NCBI GenBank assembly: GCA_027623195.1
Contig: JAQBUT010000001.1
Span: forward strand, 64,001 to 128,000
Direction: 5' to 3'
Length of the DNA: 64,000 nucleotides
From: Chloroflexota bacterium
Lineage (GTDB): Bacteria > Chloroflexota > Dehalococcoidia > Lucifugimonadales > JADFKI01
Shown: piece after piece, positions 52,658-62,807 of the stretch
Layout: the number at the start of each line of letters is the position of its first letter
Position numbering within the stretch: the first letter of the stretch is position 1
Notes under the pieces: generated by a model
What the model saw: only the letters and a program-made list of their open reading frames with translations
The model's database searches: none
Told to the model about the DNA's origin: nothing
Made by a program: the position numbers and the translations under genes

Positions 52658-52696
52658 AAGAGGCTTTCACTGAATATAGTGAAGGCCTCTTCTTTT
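52658..52696 (+). terminator. Intrinsic terminator
   Basis: AAGAGGCTTTCACT-GAATAT-AGTGAAGGCCTCTT followed by CTTTT. Confidence 0.8.
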
Positions 52697-52877
52697 CACC
52701 CTGTTACTCAAATTTGAAAATTCCAGTTACTCACAGGAAATCTCACATCGCCCAATATCCAGACCCTGTGCTACAATCCCGTAGGCCATTTCGGTCTTGA
52801 ATTCTTGACGGCTCCACGCCAACTTTGCAGTGCAAATTAGGCGCTACCGGAGCCAATGTTTGTCGGAGGTTGAGTGC

Positions 52878-54500
52878 ATGCGACCCATAGCGGATGTAGC
52901 AGCGGACCTGGGCCTTAGTCCCGGTACCATCATTCCTTACGGTCATTACAAGGCGAAGATTCCCCTGGAGGCCATTAAAGAAAACGGCCACCGAGGCAAG
53001 CTGATAGTCGTCACAGGCATAACGCCCACACCCGCCGGCGAAGGCAAAACGACGACGACGGTTGGTATGACCCAAGGCTTTGGCATCCTGGGCAAGAACG
53101 TCGTGGCCACGCTACGAGAACCCTCTCTTGGACCTATATTCGGGATAAAGGGCGGCGGCAGCGGCGGCGGCAAGGCGTTGATCGAACCAGACGATGAGGT
53201 CAACATCCACTTCACAGGCGACGCGCATGCGGTGGGCTCAGCTCACAACCTGCTGGCGGCGCTAACGGACAACGTGGCTCAGCGCGGAACCATATCAGGT
53301 TTTAGTTCCACAGGCATCACCTGGCGTCGAGTAACGGACATCGAGGACCGTGCGCTCCGATCCGTTGTCACGGGCGTGGGCGGCTCCAACAACGCGCCCA
53401 TGCGAGAGACTGGATTCGACATCGTAACGGCTTCGGAGATTATGGCAGTGCTAGCGTTATGCACGGGCCTGGAAAACTTGCGAGAGCGTCTCAGTCGAAT
53501 CGTTGTTGGCTTCACCGAAAGCGGCCAGCCCGTAACGGCAGAAGACGTCGACGCAGTAGGCTCCATGATGGCGCTACTGCGATATGCCATCCAACCCAAC
53601 ATGGTGCAGACCACGGAAGGGCAGCCGGTAATAATCCACGCCGGTCCCTTCGGCAACATTGCCCACGGCTGCAGTTCGGTATTGGGGGACAAGGTAGCAC
53701 TGAGCTACGCTGACTACGTCCTGACTGAGGCCGGTTTCGGTGCAGACCTCGGCTTCGAAAAGTTCATGCACATCAAAGCGCGCTTCAGCGGCCTGGAGCC
53801 CAGTGGAGCGGTTATCGTGGCATCCATACGCGCCCTGAAATCCCACGGCGGCGTGCGGCGCAGCGATCTGGCAACGCCTAACGAGGATGCCGTCCGAAAG
53901 GGCTTGGCAAATCTTGAGCATCTGATAGGCGTCATAAAAGGCTTCGGTCTGCCGGTGGTGGTCGCCATGAACAAGTTCCCCACGGACACGCAAGATGAAT
54001 TGGCCATCGTGAAGCAGCGCTGCCAGGAGGCAGGGGCATTCGCGGCGGTGGAGAGTCGTGTGTTCACGGAAGGCGGCGCGGGCGGCGTTGAGTTGGCCGA
54101 GGCTGTCATAGCGGCAACGCAGGGCGACGACCCCAAAATTACGTATGCCTATCCCGAGGACGCGTCTATTGAGGACAAGGTTCTTGCCATTGCCAAGACG
54201 GTCTACAACGCAAGAGATGTGTCGTGGGCGCCAGCAGCACGCAGGCAGCTTCGGCGCTACGAGGAGCTTGGCTGGGGCAGCATGCCGGTCTGCATGGCAA
54301 AAACGCACCTGTCGATCTCACACAACCCTCGCTTGAGGGGCAGGCCTTCCGACTACACCTTCGAGGTATCGGACGTCAGGGCATCAGTTGGCGCAGGCTT
54401 CATCTACCCCATAGCAGGAAGTATAATGACTATGCCGGGCCTGCCGGGTTCCCCCCGAGCCCTGGACGTGGACGACAAGGGCAATATCCTGGGGCTTTAG
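52878..54500 (+). CDS. fhs: Formate--tetrahydrofolate ligase
   Basis: TPTPAGEGKTTT, REPSLGP.FGIKGG, HAGPFGNIAHG, TEAGFGADLG, CMAKT, MTMPGLP; ATG 52878 after GGAGG. Confidence 0.95.
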   Translation: MRPIADVAADLGLSPGTIIPYGHYKAKIPLEAIKENGHRGKLIVVTGITPTPAGEGKTTTTVGMTQGFGILGKNVVATLREPSLGPIFGIKGGGSGGGKALIEPDDEVNIHFTGDAHAVGSAHNLLAALTDNVAQRGTISGFSSTGITWRRVTDIEDRALRSVVTGVGGSNNAPMRETGFDIVTASEIMAVLALCTGLENLRERLSRIVVGFTESGQPVTAEDVDAVGSMMALLRYAIQPNMVQTTEGQPVIIHAGPFGNIAHGCSSVLGDKVALSYADYVLTEAGFGADLGFEKFMHIKARFSGLEPSGAVIVASIRALKSHGGVRRSDLATPNEDAVRKGLANLEHLIGVIKGFGLPVVVAMNKFPTDTQDELAIVKQRCQEAGAFAAVESRVFTEGGAGGVELAEAVIAATQGDDPKITYAYPEDASIEDKVLAIAKTVYNARDVSWAPAARRQLRRYEELGWGSMPVCMAKTHLSISHNPRLRGRPSDYTFEVSDVRASVGAGFIYPIAGSIMTMPGLPGSPRALDVDDKGNILGL

Positions 54501-54528
54501 TGCTCCTGGGATCTACAACCCGAAATTT

Positions 54529-54559
54529 AGAAAGGGCGCGGTTTTTCCGCGCCCTTTCT
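54529..54559 (+). terminator. Hairpin after fhs
   Basis: AGAAAGGGCGCGG-TTTTT-CCGCGCCCTTTCT. Confidence 0.7.
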
Positions 54560-54646
54560 GCTTTAATCCTCTAGTGTTAAACCGAGTTACATTGATCCCA
54601 GTGAATTGGTGTACATTAAACGTAAGAAAGCTTTCAAAAGGTAGGC

Positions 54647-55879
54647 ATGCCTGAATTTTTTAACGTGGTCGCGCCGGACCAGGCATTCCAGGTGCTGAAA
54701 AAGCATCTGCCAACGACCGTAGAGGCTGAAAAGATCGACACTGTCGATGCACTGGGACGGGTCACGTCCGAGGATATCGCATCGCCGGAAGACCTGCCCG
54801 CGTTCGCCCGGTCAACCATGGACGGCTACTCGGTGCGGGCGCAAGACACCTTTGGCGCGTCCGAGGGCATGCCAGCTTACCTGGAAGTCGTCGGCGAGGT
54901 GCCGATGGGAAAAGCCGCCAACCTGAGCCTTGCCGTTGGTCAGACGGCGGTGGCATACACAGGCGGTATGCTGGCGGGCGACGCCGACTCGGTTGTCATG
55001 ATGGAACGCACCCAGCGAGTGGACGAACGGACAATCGAGGTGCTGCGTCCCGTTGCGCCGGGCGAGAATGTCGTGCAGGTAGGCGAGGACATTCGCCAGG
55101 GAGACCTGGTGCTGCCAAAGGGCCACGTAATCAGACCTCAGGACATCGGCGGACTTTTGGCCCTGGGCCTTAGCAGAATTAAGGTATCCAAAAGACCGCG
55201 AGTGGCCATCGTTTCCACGGGCGACGAACTGGTGCCACCAAACCAGAAGATCGCACCCGGCCAGATACGCGACATCAACACCTACACCATTTCCGGACTG
55301 GTCACCGAATGCGGGGGCGTCCCGGTGCCCATCGCCATGGTGGAGGACAATTTCGAGGCGCAAAAGACTGCTGCTGTCGAAGCCCTGAAAAAAGGCGACA
55401 TAGTTGTCTTTTCAGCGGGAAGCTCAGTGAGTAGCCGAGACATGACGGCAGCCGTCTTCGACGGCCTGGGTGAGCCGGGAGTGCTAACTCACGGCATCTC
55501 CATTAAACCAGGCAAACCCACCATTATGGGTATGGCCAAAGGCAAGCCGCTGATAGGGTTACCTGGAAACCCCGTGTCGGCCATGGTCGTGTTCGACCTG
55601 ACGGTGAGGCCTACCATCTACCACCTCAGCGGATGCACCAGCCCCCCGGCCCTGTCCACGACCACCGCCAAGCTGTCGAGAGACGTACCGTCTCAGGCCG
55701 GCAGAGAGGACTATGTGCAGGTCCGGCTTACAGGAGAGAACGGGAACCTCGAAGCCGAGCCTATATTCGGCAAATCGAACCTCATTTACACCCTTGTGCG
55801 CGCCGACGGCGTAGTACGAGTGCCGCTGGAAAAGGGCGGCCTGTACGCCGGCGAAGAGGTTTCGGTGAGGATTTATTGA
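54647..55879 (+). CDS. moeA: Molybdopterin molybdenumtransferase MoeA
   Basis: STMDGYSV, STGDEL, KPGKP, LPGNPVS. Confidence 0.92.
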   Translation: MPEFFNVVAPDQAFQVLKKHLPTTVEAEKIDTVDALGRVTSEDIASPEDLPAFARSTMDGYSVRAQDTFGASEGMPAYLEVVGEVPMGKAANLSLAVGQTAVAYTGGMLAGDADSVVMMERTQRVDERTIEVLRPVAPGENVVQVGEDIRQGDLVLPKGHVIRPQDIGGLLALGLSRIKVSKRPRVAIVSTGDELVPPNQKIAPGQIRDINTYTISGLVTECGGVPVPIAMVEDNFEAQKTAAVEALKKGDIVVFSAGSSVSSRDMTAAVFDGLGEPGVLTHGISIKPGKPTIMGMAKGKPLIGLPGNPVSAMVVFDLTVRPTIYHLSGCTSPPALSTTTAKLSRDVPSQAGREDYVQVRLTGENGNLEAEPIFGKSNLIYTLVRADGVVRVPLEKGGLYAGEEVSVRIY

Positions 55880-57822
55880 GTAAGGACAGCCGCCGCCAGG
55901 GCCGTAACTACTACCTCAGCGATATCCCGTTGGACGAAGCGTGGAAAACATTTCGTGATGCGCTGGAGTTGGTTGGGGCGTTAGGCCCTATGCCGCCTGA
56001 AATGGTCCCATTGCAGGACGCGCGAGGGCGAGTTACTGCAGAACCGGTTTGGGCGAAAATATCGTCGCCAAATTACGACTCGGCCGCCATGGACGGCGTG
56101 GCCGTTCGTGCGTCTGAAACCGTAGGCGCAACGGAGACTTCCCCCTTGCGTTTGATGTTGGAAAAACAGGCCGTTTGGGTGGACACCGGCGACCCCATGC
56201 CCGACGGATTCAACGCCGTCATCATGATAGAGGTGGTCCACGAGGTAGGTGGCTCGACAATCGAAATACAGGCTCCGGCCGCGCCGTACCAGCATGTACG
56301 GCCTCTGGGCGAGGATATCGTGGCCACGGAGCTTGTGCTGCCGGAGAACCACATCTTGCGTCCGGTGGACCTAGGCGCGTGTGCAGCTGCTGGCCTGACA
56401 GAACTTGCGGTGAGACGCCATCCAAGCATTGCAATAATCCCCACAGGCACCGAACTGGTGCAGGTGGGCGACGCCATGAAGCCCGGTTCTATCATCGAGT
56501 TCAACAGTCTGGTGTTGGCGGGCATGGCCGAGGAGTGGGGCGCACAGCCTACTCGCTTTTCATCGGTGCCGGACGATTACGAGCAGCTAAAATCGGTCAT
56601 TGCCGATGCCGCTGAAAAATTCGACATAGTGGTAGTAAACGCCGGTTCTTCTGCTGGGTCGGAGGACTACACAGCACGCCTGGTTGAGGAACTTGGCGAA
56701 TTGCTGGTGCATGGAGTTGCTATCAGGCCAGGCCACCCGGTTGTCCTGGGAATCGTCAATGGCAAGCCTTTGCTGGGCATCCCCGGTTACGCGGTCTCCG
56801 CAGCGCTAACCTGCGAACTCTTCGTGAAGCCCGTGGTAGAGGCAAACCTGGGAGCGCGAAGTCCAGACCGGAACCGCACCACTGCAATAGTCACTCGCAA
56901 GGTCCTGTCGCCAATAGGCGAAGACGAGTTCCTGCGAGTACGCCTGGGCCGCGTAGGCGAACGACTGGTGGCGACACCCCTGCAACGAGGCGCGGGCGTC
57001 ATATCATCGCTGGTGCGCGCCGACGGCATCGTTAAGATACCTCGCTTCTCGGAAGGCATGGACGCCGGGCAGGAAGCAGAGGTGGAACTGCTGAGAAGCA
57101 TAGAGACAGTCGAAGGCACCGTCGTCGCCATTGGCAGCCACGACCTCACTTTGGACCTGCTATCCAGTCACCTGCACAGGCGGCATCCGGGGCTCTCCTT
57201 GGCTTCATCCAACGTGGGTAGCCTGGGCGGCATCACGGCGTTGGCACGAGGCGAGGCTCACATGGCAGGCTCGCACCTGCTGGACGAGAAGACCGGCGAG
57301 TACAATCTTTCCTACGTCCGGCGACACCTCTCTACCCACTCAATCGTCGTCATGAATTTGGTGCTGCGAGTGCAGGGCCTTATTGTTCCCAAGGGAAATC
57401 CTAAAGCTATAAATTCGCTGGAGGACCTGGTCAGAAACGACGTCAGCTTCATCAACAGGCAGCGTGGCTCAGGCACTCGAGTTCTCCTGGACTTCAAGAT
57501 GAAAGAGATGGCCCTCAAGCCAGAGCAGATCAACGGCTATGACCGTGAGGACTACACGCACCTGGCCGTTGCTGCAGCCGTCGCCGGAGGTAGGGCCGAC
57601 ACCGGCCTGGGGATTCTGTCAGCCGCCAACGCCATGGGCCTGGACTTCGTTCCGCTGCTTTCAGAGCAGTACGACCTGATCATTCCCAAGGAATTCTTTG
57701 AAGGCGAAAAGCTAAGGCCGGTTTTAGAGATAATTCGAGGCGAAGAGTTCAGGCGGGAGGTTGAGGCCCTTGGCGGCTACGACACCACGTCTATGGGCAA
57801 AGTCGTCGCGGAGATTTTCTAG
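55876..57822 (+). CDS. MoeA fused to periplasmic-binding/LysR substrate-binding domain
   Basis: AAMDGVAV, PTGTEL, RPGHP; C-terminal GSHD, GSLGG, NRQRGSGTR; TTG start at 55876 overlapping moeA stop. Confidence 0.88.
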   Translation: MSKDSRRQGRNYYLSDIPLDEAWKTFRDALELVGALGPMPPEMVPLQDARGRVTAEPVWAKISSPNYDSAAMDGVAVRASETVGATETSPLRLMLEKQAVWVDTGDPMPDGFNAVIMIEVVHEVGGSTIEIQAPAAPYQHVRPLGEDIVATELVLPENHILRPVDLGACAAAGLTELAVRRHPSIAIIPTGTELVQVGDAMKPGSIIEFNSLVLAGMAEEWGAQPTRFSSVPDDYEQLKSVIADAAEKFDIVVVNAGSSAGSEDYTARLVEELGELLVHGVAIRPGHPVVLGIVNGKPLLGIPGYAVSAALTCELFVKPVVEANLGARSPDRNRTTAIVTRKVLSPIGEDEFLRVRLGRVGERLVATPLQRGAGVISSLVRADGIVKIPRFSEGMDAGQEAEVELLRSIETVEGTVVAIGSHDLTLDLLSSHLHRRHPGLSLASSNVGSLGGITALARGEAHMAGSHLLDEKTGEYNLSYVRRHLSTHSIVVMNLVLRVQGLIVPKGNPKAINSLEDLVRNDVSFINRQRGSGTRVLLDFKMKEMALKPEQINGYDREDYTHLAVAAAVAGGRADTGLGILSAANAMGLDFVPLLSEQYDLIIPKEFFEGEKLRPVLEIIRGEEFRREVEALGGYDTTSMGKVVAEIF

Positions 57823-57867
57823 CTGTGTTATCGACAGTATGTTACTCTTGCAGGCAGAGGCAATCGC

Positions 57868-58500
57868 ATGAGCACGCAGCTTAACGCATCAGGTATCGTT
57901 CTTGCCGGTGGCCGAAGCAGACGCCTCGGCAGGTCAAAGGCGCTTGAGCCTTTCCAGGGCGAGCCCATGATTAGCCGCGTCATCGAACGCCTCTCCAACA
58001 TAACCGACGACCTTGTGTTTGTGGTCAACGACCAGGAACAGGCGTCGGGGCTTCCAATTTCGTCAGTCCCCATGAATTTACCTCACAAGACAATGGTGGA
58101 CATGTACCCGGACGGCGGTTCTCTTGGCGGCATCTTCACAGGGCTATCGGCAGCCATTTCGCAGTGGGCCTTCGTTGTGGCCTGCGACATGCCGTTCCTC
58201 AACGTCGATCTCATGCGGCAAATGCTTTCGTTGCGAGAAGGCTACGATGCTGTTGTCCCTAGAACAGATGGCTATCCTGAGCCTACCCACGCGCTTTACA
58301 GCAAGTCCTGCCTTCAATACATGGAGCGGCGATTGCAAAACAATGACCTGAAAATCGCCAGATTCTTCGACGAGGTCAACGTACGATTCTTGGAGGAGAC
58401 CGAGGTCCGAGAGATTGACGGCGACCTGCTGTCTTTCTTCAACGTCAACACACAGGACGACCTGGACCGAGCGCTGACCTTGGCCGAGGAGGGACGGTGA
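57868..58500 (+). CDS. mobA: Molybdenum cofactor guanylyltransferase
   Basis: LAGGRSRRLG..K, ACDMPF, FNVNT. Confidence 0.9.
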   Translation: MSTQLNASGIVLAGGRSRRLGRSKALEPFQGEPMISRVIERLSNITDDLVFVVNDQEQASGLPISSVPMNLPHKTMVDMYPDGGSLGGIFTGLSAAISQWAFVVACDMPFLNVDLMRQMLSLREGYDAVVPRTDGYPEPTHALYSKSCLQYMERRLQNNDLKIARFFDEVNVRFLEETEVREIDGDLLSFFNVNTQDDLDRALTLAEEGR

Positions 58501-58850
58501 GCATGGCGTCTCCTAGTTCCTTCAACGCGAGGCCGCCCGCGGACACGCTGGCGGACACGCTGGTTGATATAACCGTGGAGCTTTTCGGCACGGCGCGGAT
58601 CGCGTGCGACAGGCATGACGTGGTGTTAAGGGTGCCTTCTTCATCCACTCTGGCAGAGGTAACCAAAATCTTGAGCGAAGCCTGCCCGGAGCTAGTCGGC
58701 AAGGCCATTGCCGAGGACACCTCAGGCCTGATGAAAAGCTACACCCTCAACCTGAACGGCACCGCCTTTGTGTCTGGGTTAGCAGAGCAACGCCTGGAGT
58801 TGCGAGAGGGCGACACCCTGCTACTGTTCTCCAGCCAGGCGGGCGGGTGA
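58497..58850 (+). CDS. moaD: MoaD/ThiS family sulfur carrier
   Basis: Ubiquitin-like pattern ending in AGG. Confidence 0.8.
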   Translation: MSMASPSSFNARPPADTLADTLVDITVELFGTARIACDRHDVVLRVPSSSTLAEVTKILSEACPELVGKAIAEDTSGLMKSYTLNLNGTAFVSGLAEQRLELREGDTLLLFSSQAGG

Positions 58851-58854
58851 TCTC

Positions 58855-60723
58855 ATGAAAGAAAACACAACCGCAAACGAAATTTACGGCTACAACGGCA
58901 AAATGCTGATGGTAGACCTTACGTCTCGTCAGTCACACTGGGAGGCCATTCCAGAAGATGTCCTGAAGAAATTCATTGGCGGTTCAGGACTTGGGGCCTA
59001 CCTTCTGCACAAGCTCTGCCCCACTGGCATCGACGCTTTGGAGCCTGCCAACCCCCTGATATTCGTGACCAGCCCTCTGGTGGGCAGCCGCCTAACGACC
59101 TCTAGCAAGTTCGCAGTGGTCACCAAATCACCTCTAACCGGATTCATTGGCGACTCCCTGTCGTCCAGCTTTATGGCCACCGAGTTAAAGAAGACCGGCT
59201 GCGACGCGCTGGTGATTACCGGCAAAAGCGAATTGCCCTGCCTGCTTTCCATCGACGATGGCCATGTGGAATTTCTGGAAGCCCATGACCTAATGGGCAA
59301 GACCACATCGGAAACCGAAAAGGCAGTCAAAGAGCGCATGGGACATCGCACGAGAGTGGCCTGCATTGGTCCCGCCGGCGAGAAGCTGGTGCGTTTCGCC
59401 AGCATCACCAACGACGGCGGTCGTCAGGCGGCGCGGACGGGACCCGGCGCGGTCATGGGCTCTAAAAACCTGAAGGCTATCTCCGTAAAGGGCACCCACG
59501 TCGTGCCGGTCCAGGACCCGGACGCCCTCAACATTATCGGCGACGACCTTACCCAACGGAGTCTCGGGCCCGCCACAGAGAAGTATCGAACGCTGGGAAC
59601 CATGGCTAACGTCTCAGTCTTCAACAGGTTAGGCACGCTGCCGACCCGCAACTTCCAGCAGTCTACATTCGACGAGGCCGAGTCGGTTACCGGTGAGGCC
59701 ATGCATCAGGCCCACTTCGTTAAGAACGCGCACTGTGCTAACTGCACCATCGGCTGCGAAAAGATACTGGTGACGAACGATGACGGCAAGAAGGCGCAGG
59801 GTCGCATGGAGTACGAGAGCGCCTTCGCGCTAGGCCCACTGGTAGGCGTGGCCGACTCCAACACTGTCATCCGCGCATCTACCCTTTGCGACGAATTGGG
59901 CATGGATACCATTAGCACCGGGGTCACTTTGGCGTGGGCTATGGAGTGCTCTGACAAAGGCCTCCTAACGCCGGACCAGACGGGCGGATTCAGCCTGTCT
60001 TTCGGCGATGGCGATGCGCTGCTGGAAGGCATCAAACTCATCGCCGAGCGTCGCGGTATTGGCAACCTTTTAGCAGAAGGCAGCATGCGCGCATCCAGGA
60101 AAGTCGGCCAAGGCTCCGAAGCGTGGGCAATGCAGGTCAAGGGCTTGGAGATGCCGGGCTACGAGCCCAGGAGCCTCAAGACTATGGCGCTGGGTCTGGC
60201 GGTCAGCACTCGCGGCGCCTGTCACAACCGCTCCTCCGCATACGAAGCCGACTTCTCGGACAGGGTGGACCGCCTGAAAGTCGACGATCAACGCGGGCGC
60301 ATCACCGCCGAAGGTGAGGACTTCTCGGCTGTGCTGGACTCGCTAATCTGGTGCAAGTTCTTGCGTAAGGCCTTTTCAAACCTGTATGAAGAATCTGCTG
60401 AAATCTACCAAAAGATTACAGGCTGGCCCACCAGCGCCGACGAGCTTCGTAAGGCGGGCGAGCGCATCAACAACCTGAAAAAACTGTTCAACATTCGCGA
60501 GGGCTGGACCCGTGAAGACGACACGCTGCCCGAGCGCGTTTTCACGGAAACTCTACCTACTGGAATGGTCGCTGGCGTTGGCCTGGAACGGGAAGACTTG
60601 CAGATGATGGTGCAGGGCTATTACCGCGCGCGCGGCTGGACGGAGGATGGTATGATACCGGATGAAAAACTCCGGGAGTTGGGGCTAACCGAATTGTCGG
60701 AAACCATCGTCCCTTCCTCCTAA
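58855..60723 (+). CDS. aor: Aldehyde:ferredoxin oxidoreductase family (tungstopterin) enzyme
   Basis: KSPLTG, IGPAGE, GAVMGSKNLKAI, CANCTIGC, EYE, CDELGMDTIS, RGACH. Confidence 0.9.
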   Translation: MKENTTANEIYGYNGKMLMVDLTSRQSHWEAIPEDVLKKFIGGSGLGAYLLHKLCPTGIDALEPANPLIFVTSPLVGSRLTTSSKFAVVTKSPLTGFIGDSLSSSFMATELKKTGCDALVITGKSELPCLLSIDDGHVEFLEAHDLMGKTTSETEKAVKERMGHRTRVACIGPAGEKLVRFASITNDGGRQAARTGPGAVMGSKNLKAISVKGTHVVPVQDPDALNIIGDDLTQRSLGPATEKYRTLGTMANVSVFNRLGTLPTRNFQQSTFDEAESVTGEAMHQAHFVKNAHCANCTIGCEKILVTNDDGKKAQGRMEYESAFALGPLVGVADSNTVIRASTLCDELGMDTISTGVTLAWAMECSDKGLLTPDQTGGFSLSFGDGDALLEGIKLIAERRGIGNLLAEGSMRASRKVGQGSEAWAMQVKGLEMPGYEPRSLKTMALGLAVSTRGACHNRSSAYEADFSDRVDRLKVDDQRGRITAEGEDFSAVLDSLIWCKFLRKAFSNLYEESAEIYQKITGWPTSADELRKAGERINNLKKLFNIREGWTREDDTLPERVFTETLPTGMVAGVGLEREDLQMMVQGYYRARGWTEDGMIPDEKLRELGLTELSETIVPSS

Positions 60724-60759
60724 GAAATCCCCCTCATCAGGGCAAAATACGAGGACGCA

Positions 60760-61227
60760 TTGACTACGGACAGAAACACGCTTAGGGCGACCCTCAGACA
60801 AAACTTTCCACGTAGCAAGGGGCAACTGCTACCCGCTCTCCATTTCCTGCATGAAGAGTTCGGCTACCTGCCGGACTGGGCCATGGAGGTCGCCAGTTGG
60901 CACCTGGGCATCCCCGTTAGCGAGGTGTACGGAGCAGCCACGAGCTACACCGAGCTGCGTGTGAATAAGCCAGGCAAACACGTGCTAAGAGTCTGCACTG
61001 GCCTGGGTTGCTGGCTCACAGGCGGTCGTGAGATTTTGGATAAATTGCAGGCCGAACTGGGAATAAACGCACCTGCGACCACTCCTGACGACCGGGTAAC
61101 CTTGGAAGAGGCTCCATGCACATACATGTGTGGTATGGCCCCAGTGGTTGAGTTGGATGGCGCATGCACAGGGAGGGCCACGCTGGAATCCATACAAAGC
61201 CTCTTCCCGAAGGCGGCAGGACGATGA
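60760..61227 (+). CDS. NuoE-like [2Fe-2S] subunit
   Basis: LLPALH..FGYLP, CTGLGC and CTYMC. Confidence 0.85.
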   Translation: MTTDRNTLRATLRQNFPRSKGQLLPALHFLHEEFGYLPDWAMEVASWHLGIPVSEVYGAATSYTELRVNKPGKHVLRVCTGLGCWLTGGREILDKLQAELGINAPATTPDDRVTLEEAPCTYMCGMAPVVELDGACTGRATLESIQSLFPKAAGR

Positions 61228-62804
61228 GCGGCGCATCTGACATCTTGTCTTTAATGCAAGAAGTGGCCCGTACTAGATTGGACCCCATACGGAGAGGCAA
61301 GACCAGGATCACGATTCAGGTAGGTCACTGCTCTGAGGCGGTTGGCTCAAGTCAAATCTTTTTCGCCATCGCGGAGGCATTGCCTGCCAACTCATACCTG
61401 ACGATAGCCGGTTGCAACGGGGCTTGCCACGACGCACCTCAAGCGCTGGTCACTAACCCTGTCGGCGGTCAGAGACTCTACACCCGTCTGACAATTGAGG
61501 GCCTACGAGACATCCTTGACGAGTCAAAGGGCGTAATCGCCGGTGACTCAGAATTCCTATCGAACCAGAGCCGGGTCGTGCTGCAAGGTTGTGGCGACAT
61601 GGAGGCAACGGAGATAGACGATTACCTCGCGCGGGGTGGATACGAAGGCCTGGCCAAAGCCCTGTCAGGCTCCCCCGAAGACGTTATCGAAGAGGTGAAG
61701 GCGTCCGGCCTGCGCGGCAGAGGTGGCGCTTACTTCCCGGCGGCCCTCAAGTGGCAAGGCGCGCGCGCCATCAACACGGGGCCACGGTACCTCGTGGTGA
61801 ACTGCGAGGAGGGCGAGCCTGGCCTGTTCAAGGATCGACACATTATGGAAGGCCTCCCTCACAGGCTGCTGGAAGGCGCTATCATCGCCGCGTATGCTGC
61901 CGGCACATCCGAGGCCTATATCTACATCAACGCAGAGGCCGAGCTTTCAGCTTCCCGAATGGAGATGGCAGTTGAACAAGCGTACGAACAGGGCCTGCTG
62001 GGCAAGGACATTCTGGGCTCCGGTTTCGACCTGGAAATAAAGATTATGAGAGGCGCCGGCGGCTACGTGTGCGGCGAAGAGACCACGATGCTGAACACCA
62101 TGGAGGGCGACCGTCGAGAGCCGCGTCTTCGTCCGCCGTTCCCCACTGAGGCGGGACTGTGGGCAAGACCTACCGTCATAAACAACGCAGAGACCCTCTC
62201 CAACGTGCCATACATCATGCAAAACGGCGCGGCGGCCTTTGCCGAGGTGGGCACCGACGACGCCAAGGGCACCAAGATCATGAGCCTTAGCGGTTCGGTT
62301 CAGAGACCCGGCTTGGCTGAGGTCCCCATGGGCACAACTCTCCGCCAAATCATTTTCGACATCGGCGGCGGTCCCACCGAGGGGCACGACATTACAGCCA
62401 TCGCCGTGGGGGGGCCGTCCAGCGGCGTCTTCCCGACGTCCATGCTGGATACGCCAATCAAACCCGGCTTCCTGCACGAGTCCGGCGTGATGCTAGGCGC
62501 GGGTGGCATCATCGCCCTAGACGAGCGCATAAGTATCCTGGAGACTGTGCGCAGGCTAGCCGCTTACAACGCCGACGAGTCCTGTGGCAAGTGCACCCCC
62601 TGCCGTGAGGGCACACCGCGAATTGTCGAGTTCTTGGATAAACTCGCGAACGGCGAGGCTACATCAGACGAAATCGACCAAATGCACCAGCTAGCCGAGG
62701 TCGTCAACGCGGCGTCTCTGTGCGGCCTAGGTCAGGCGGCGGGCAACCCAATACTCAGTGCGCTCCACTTCTTCGGCGACGAACTCCGGATGTCGGCGAG
62801 GTGA
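61224..62804 (+). CDS. NuoF-like NADH/FMN-binding subunit with N-terminal thioredoxin-like domain
   Basis: SGLRGRGGA, EGEPG.FKDR, GYVCGEET, ESCGKCTPCREG, LCGLG; ATGA overlap at 61224. Confidence 0.9.
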   Translation: MSGASDILSLMQEVARTRLDPIRRGKTRITIQVGHCSEAVGSSQIFFAIAEALPANSYLTIAGCNGACHDAPQALVTNPVGGQRLYTRLTIEGLRDILDESKGVIAGDSEFLSNQSRVVLQGCGDMEATEIDDYLARGGYEGLAKALSGSPEDVIEEVKASGLRGRGGAYFPAALKWQGARAINTGPRYLVVNCEEGEPGLFKDRHIMEGLPHRLLEGAIIAAYAAGTSEAYIYINAEAELSASRMEMAVEQAYEQGLLGKDILGSGFDLEIKIMRGAGGYVCGEETTMLNTMEGDRREPRLRPPFPTEAGLWARPTVINNAETLSNVPYIMQNGAAAFAEVGTDDAKGTKIMSLSGSVQRPGLAEVPMGTTLRQIIFDIGGGPTEGHDITAIAVGGPSSGVFPTSMLDTPIKPGFLHESGVMLGAGGIIALDERISILETVRRLAAYNADESCGKCTPCREGTPRIVEFLDKLANGEATSDEIDQMHQLAEVVNAASLCGLGQAAGNPILSALHFFGDELRMSAR

Positions 62805-62807
62805 CAT

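Noticed and set aside
55633..55875. N-terminal extension of the MoeA-PBP ORF
   Set aside because: Out-of-frame overlap with moeA; coupled TTG start at 55876 is more plausible
61224..62804. NuoE/F-like genes as respiratory complex I or an electron-bifurcating HydABC-type module
   Set aside because: No membrane nuo genes adjacent, and the NuoF-like subunit lacks the C-terminal 2x[4Fe-4S] domain
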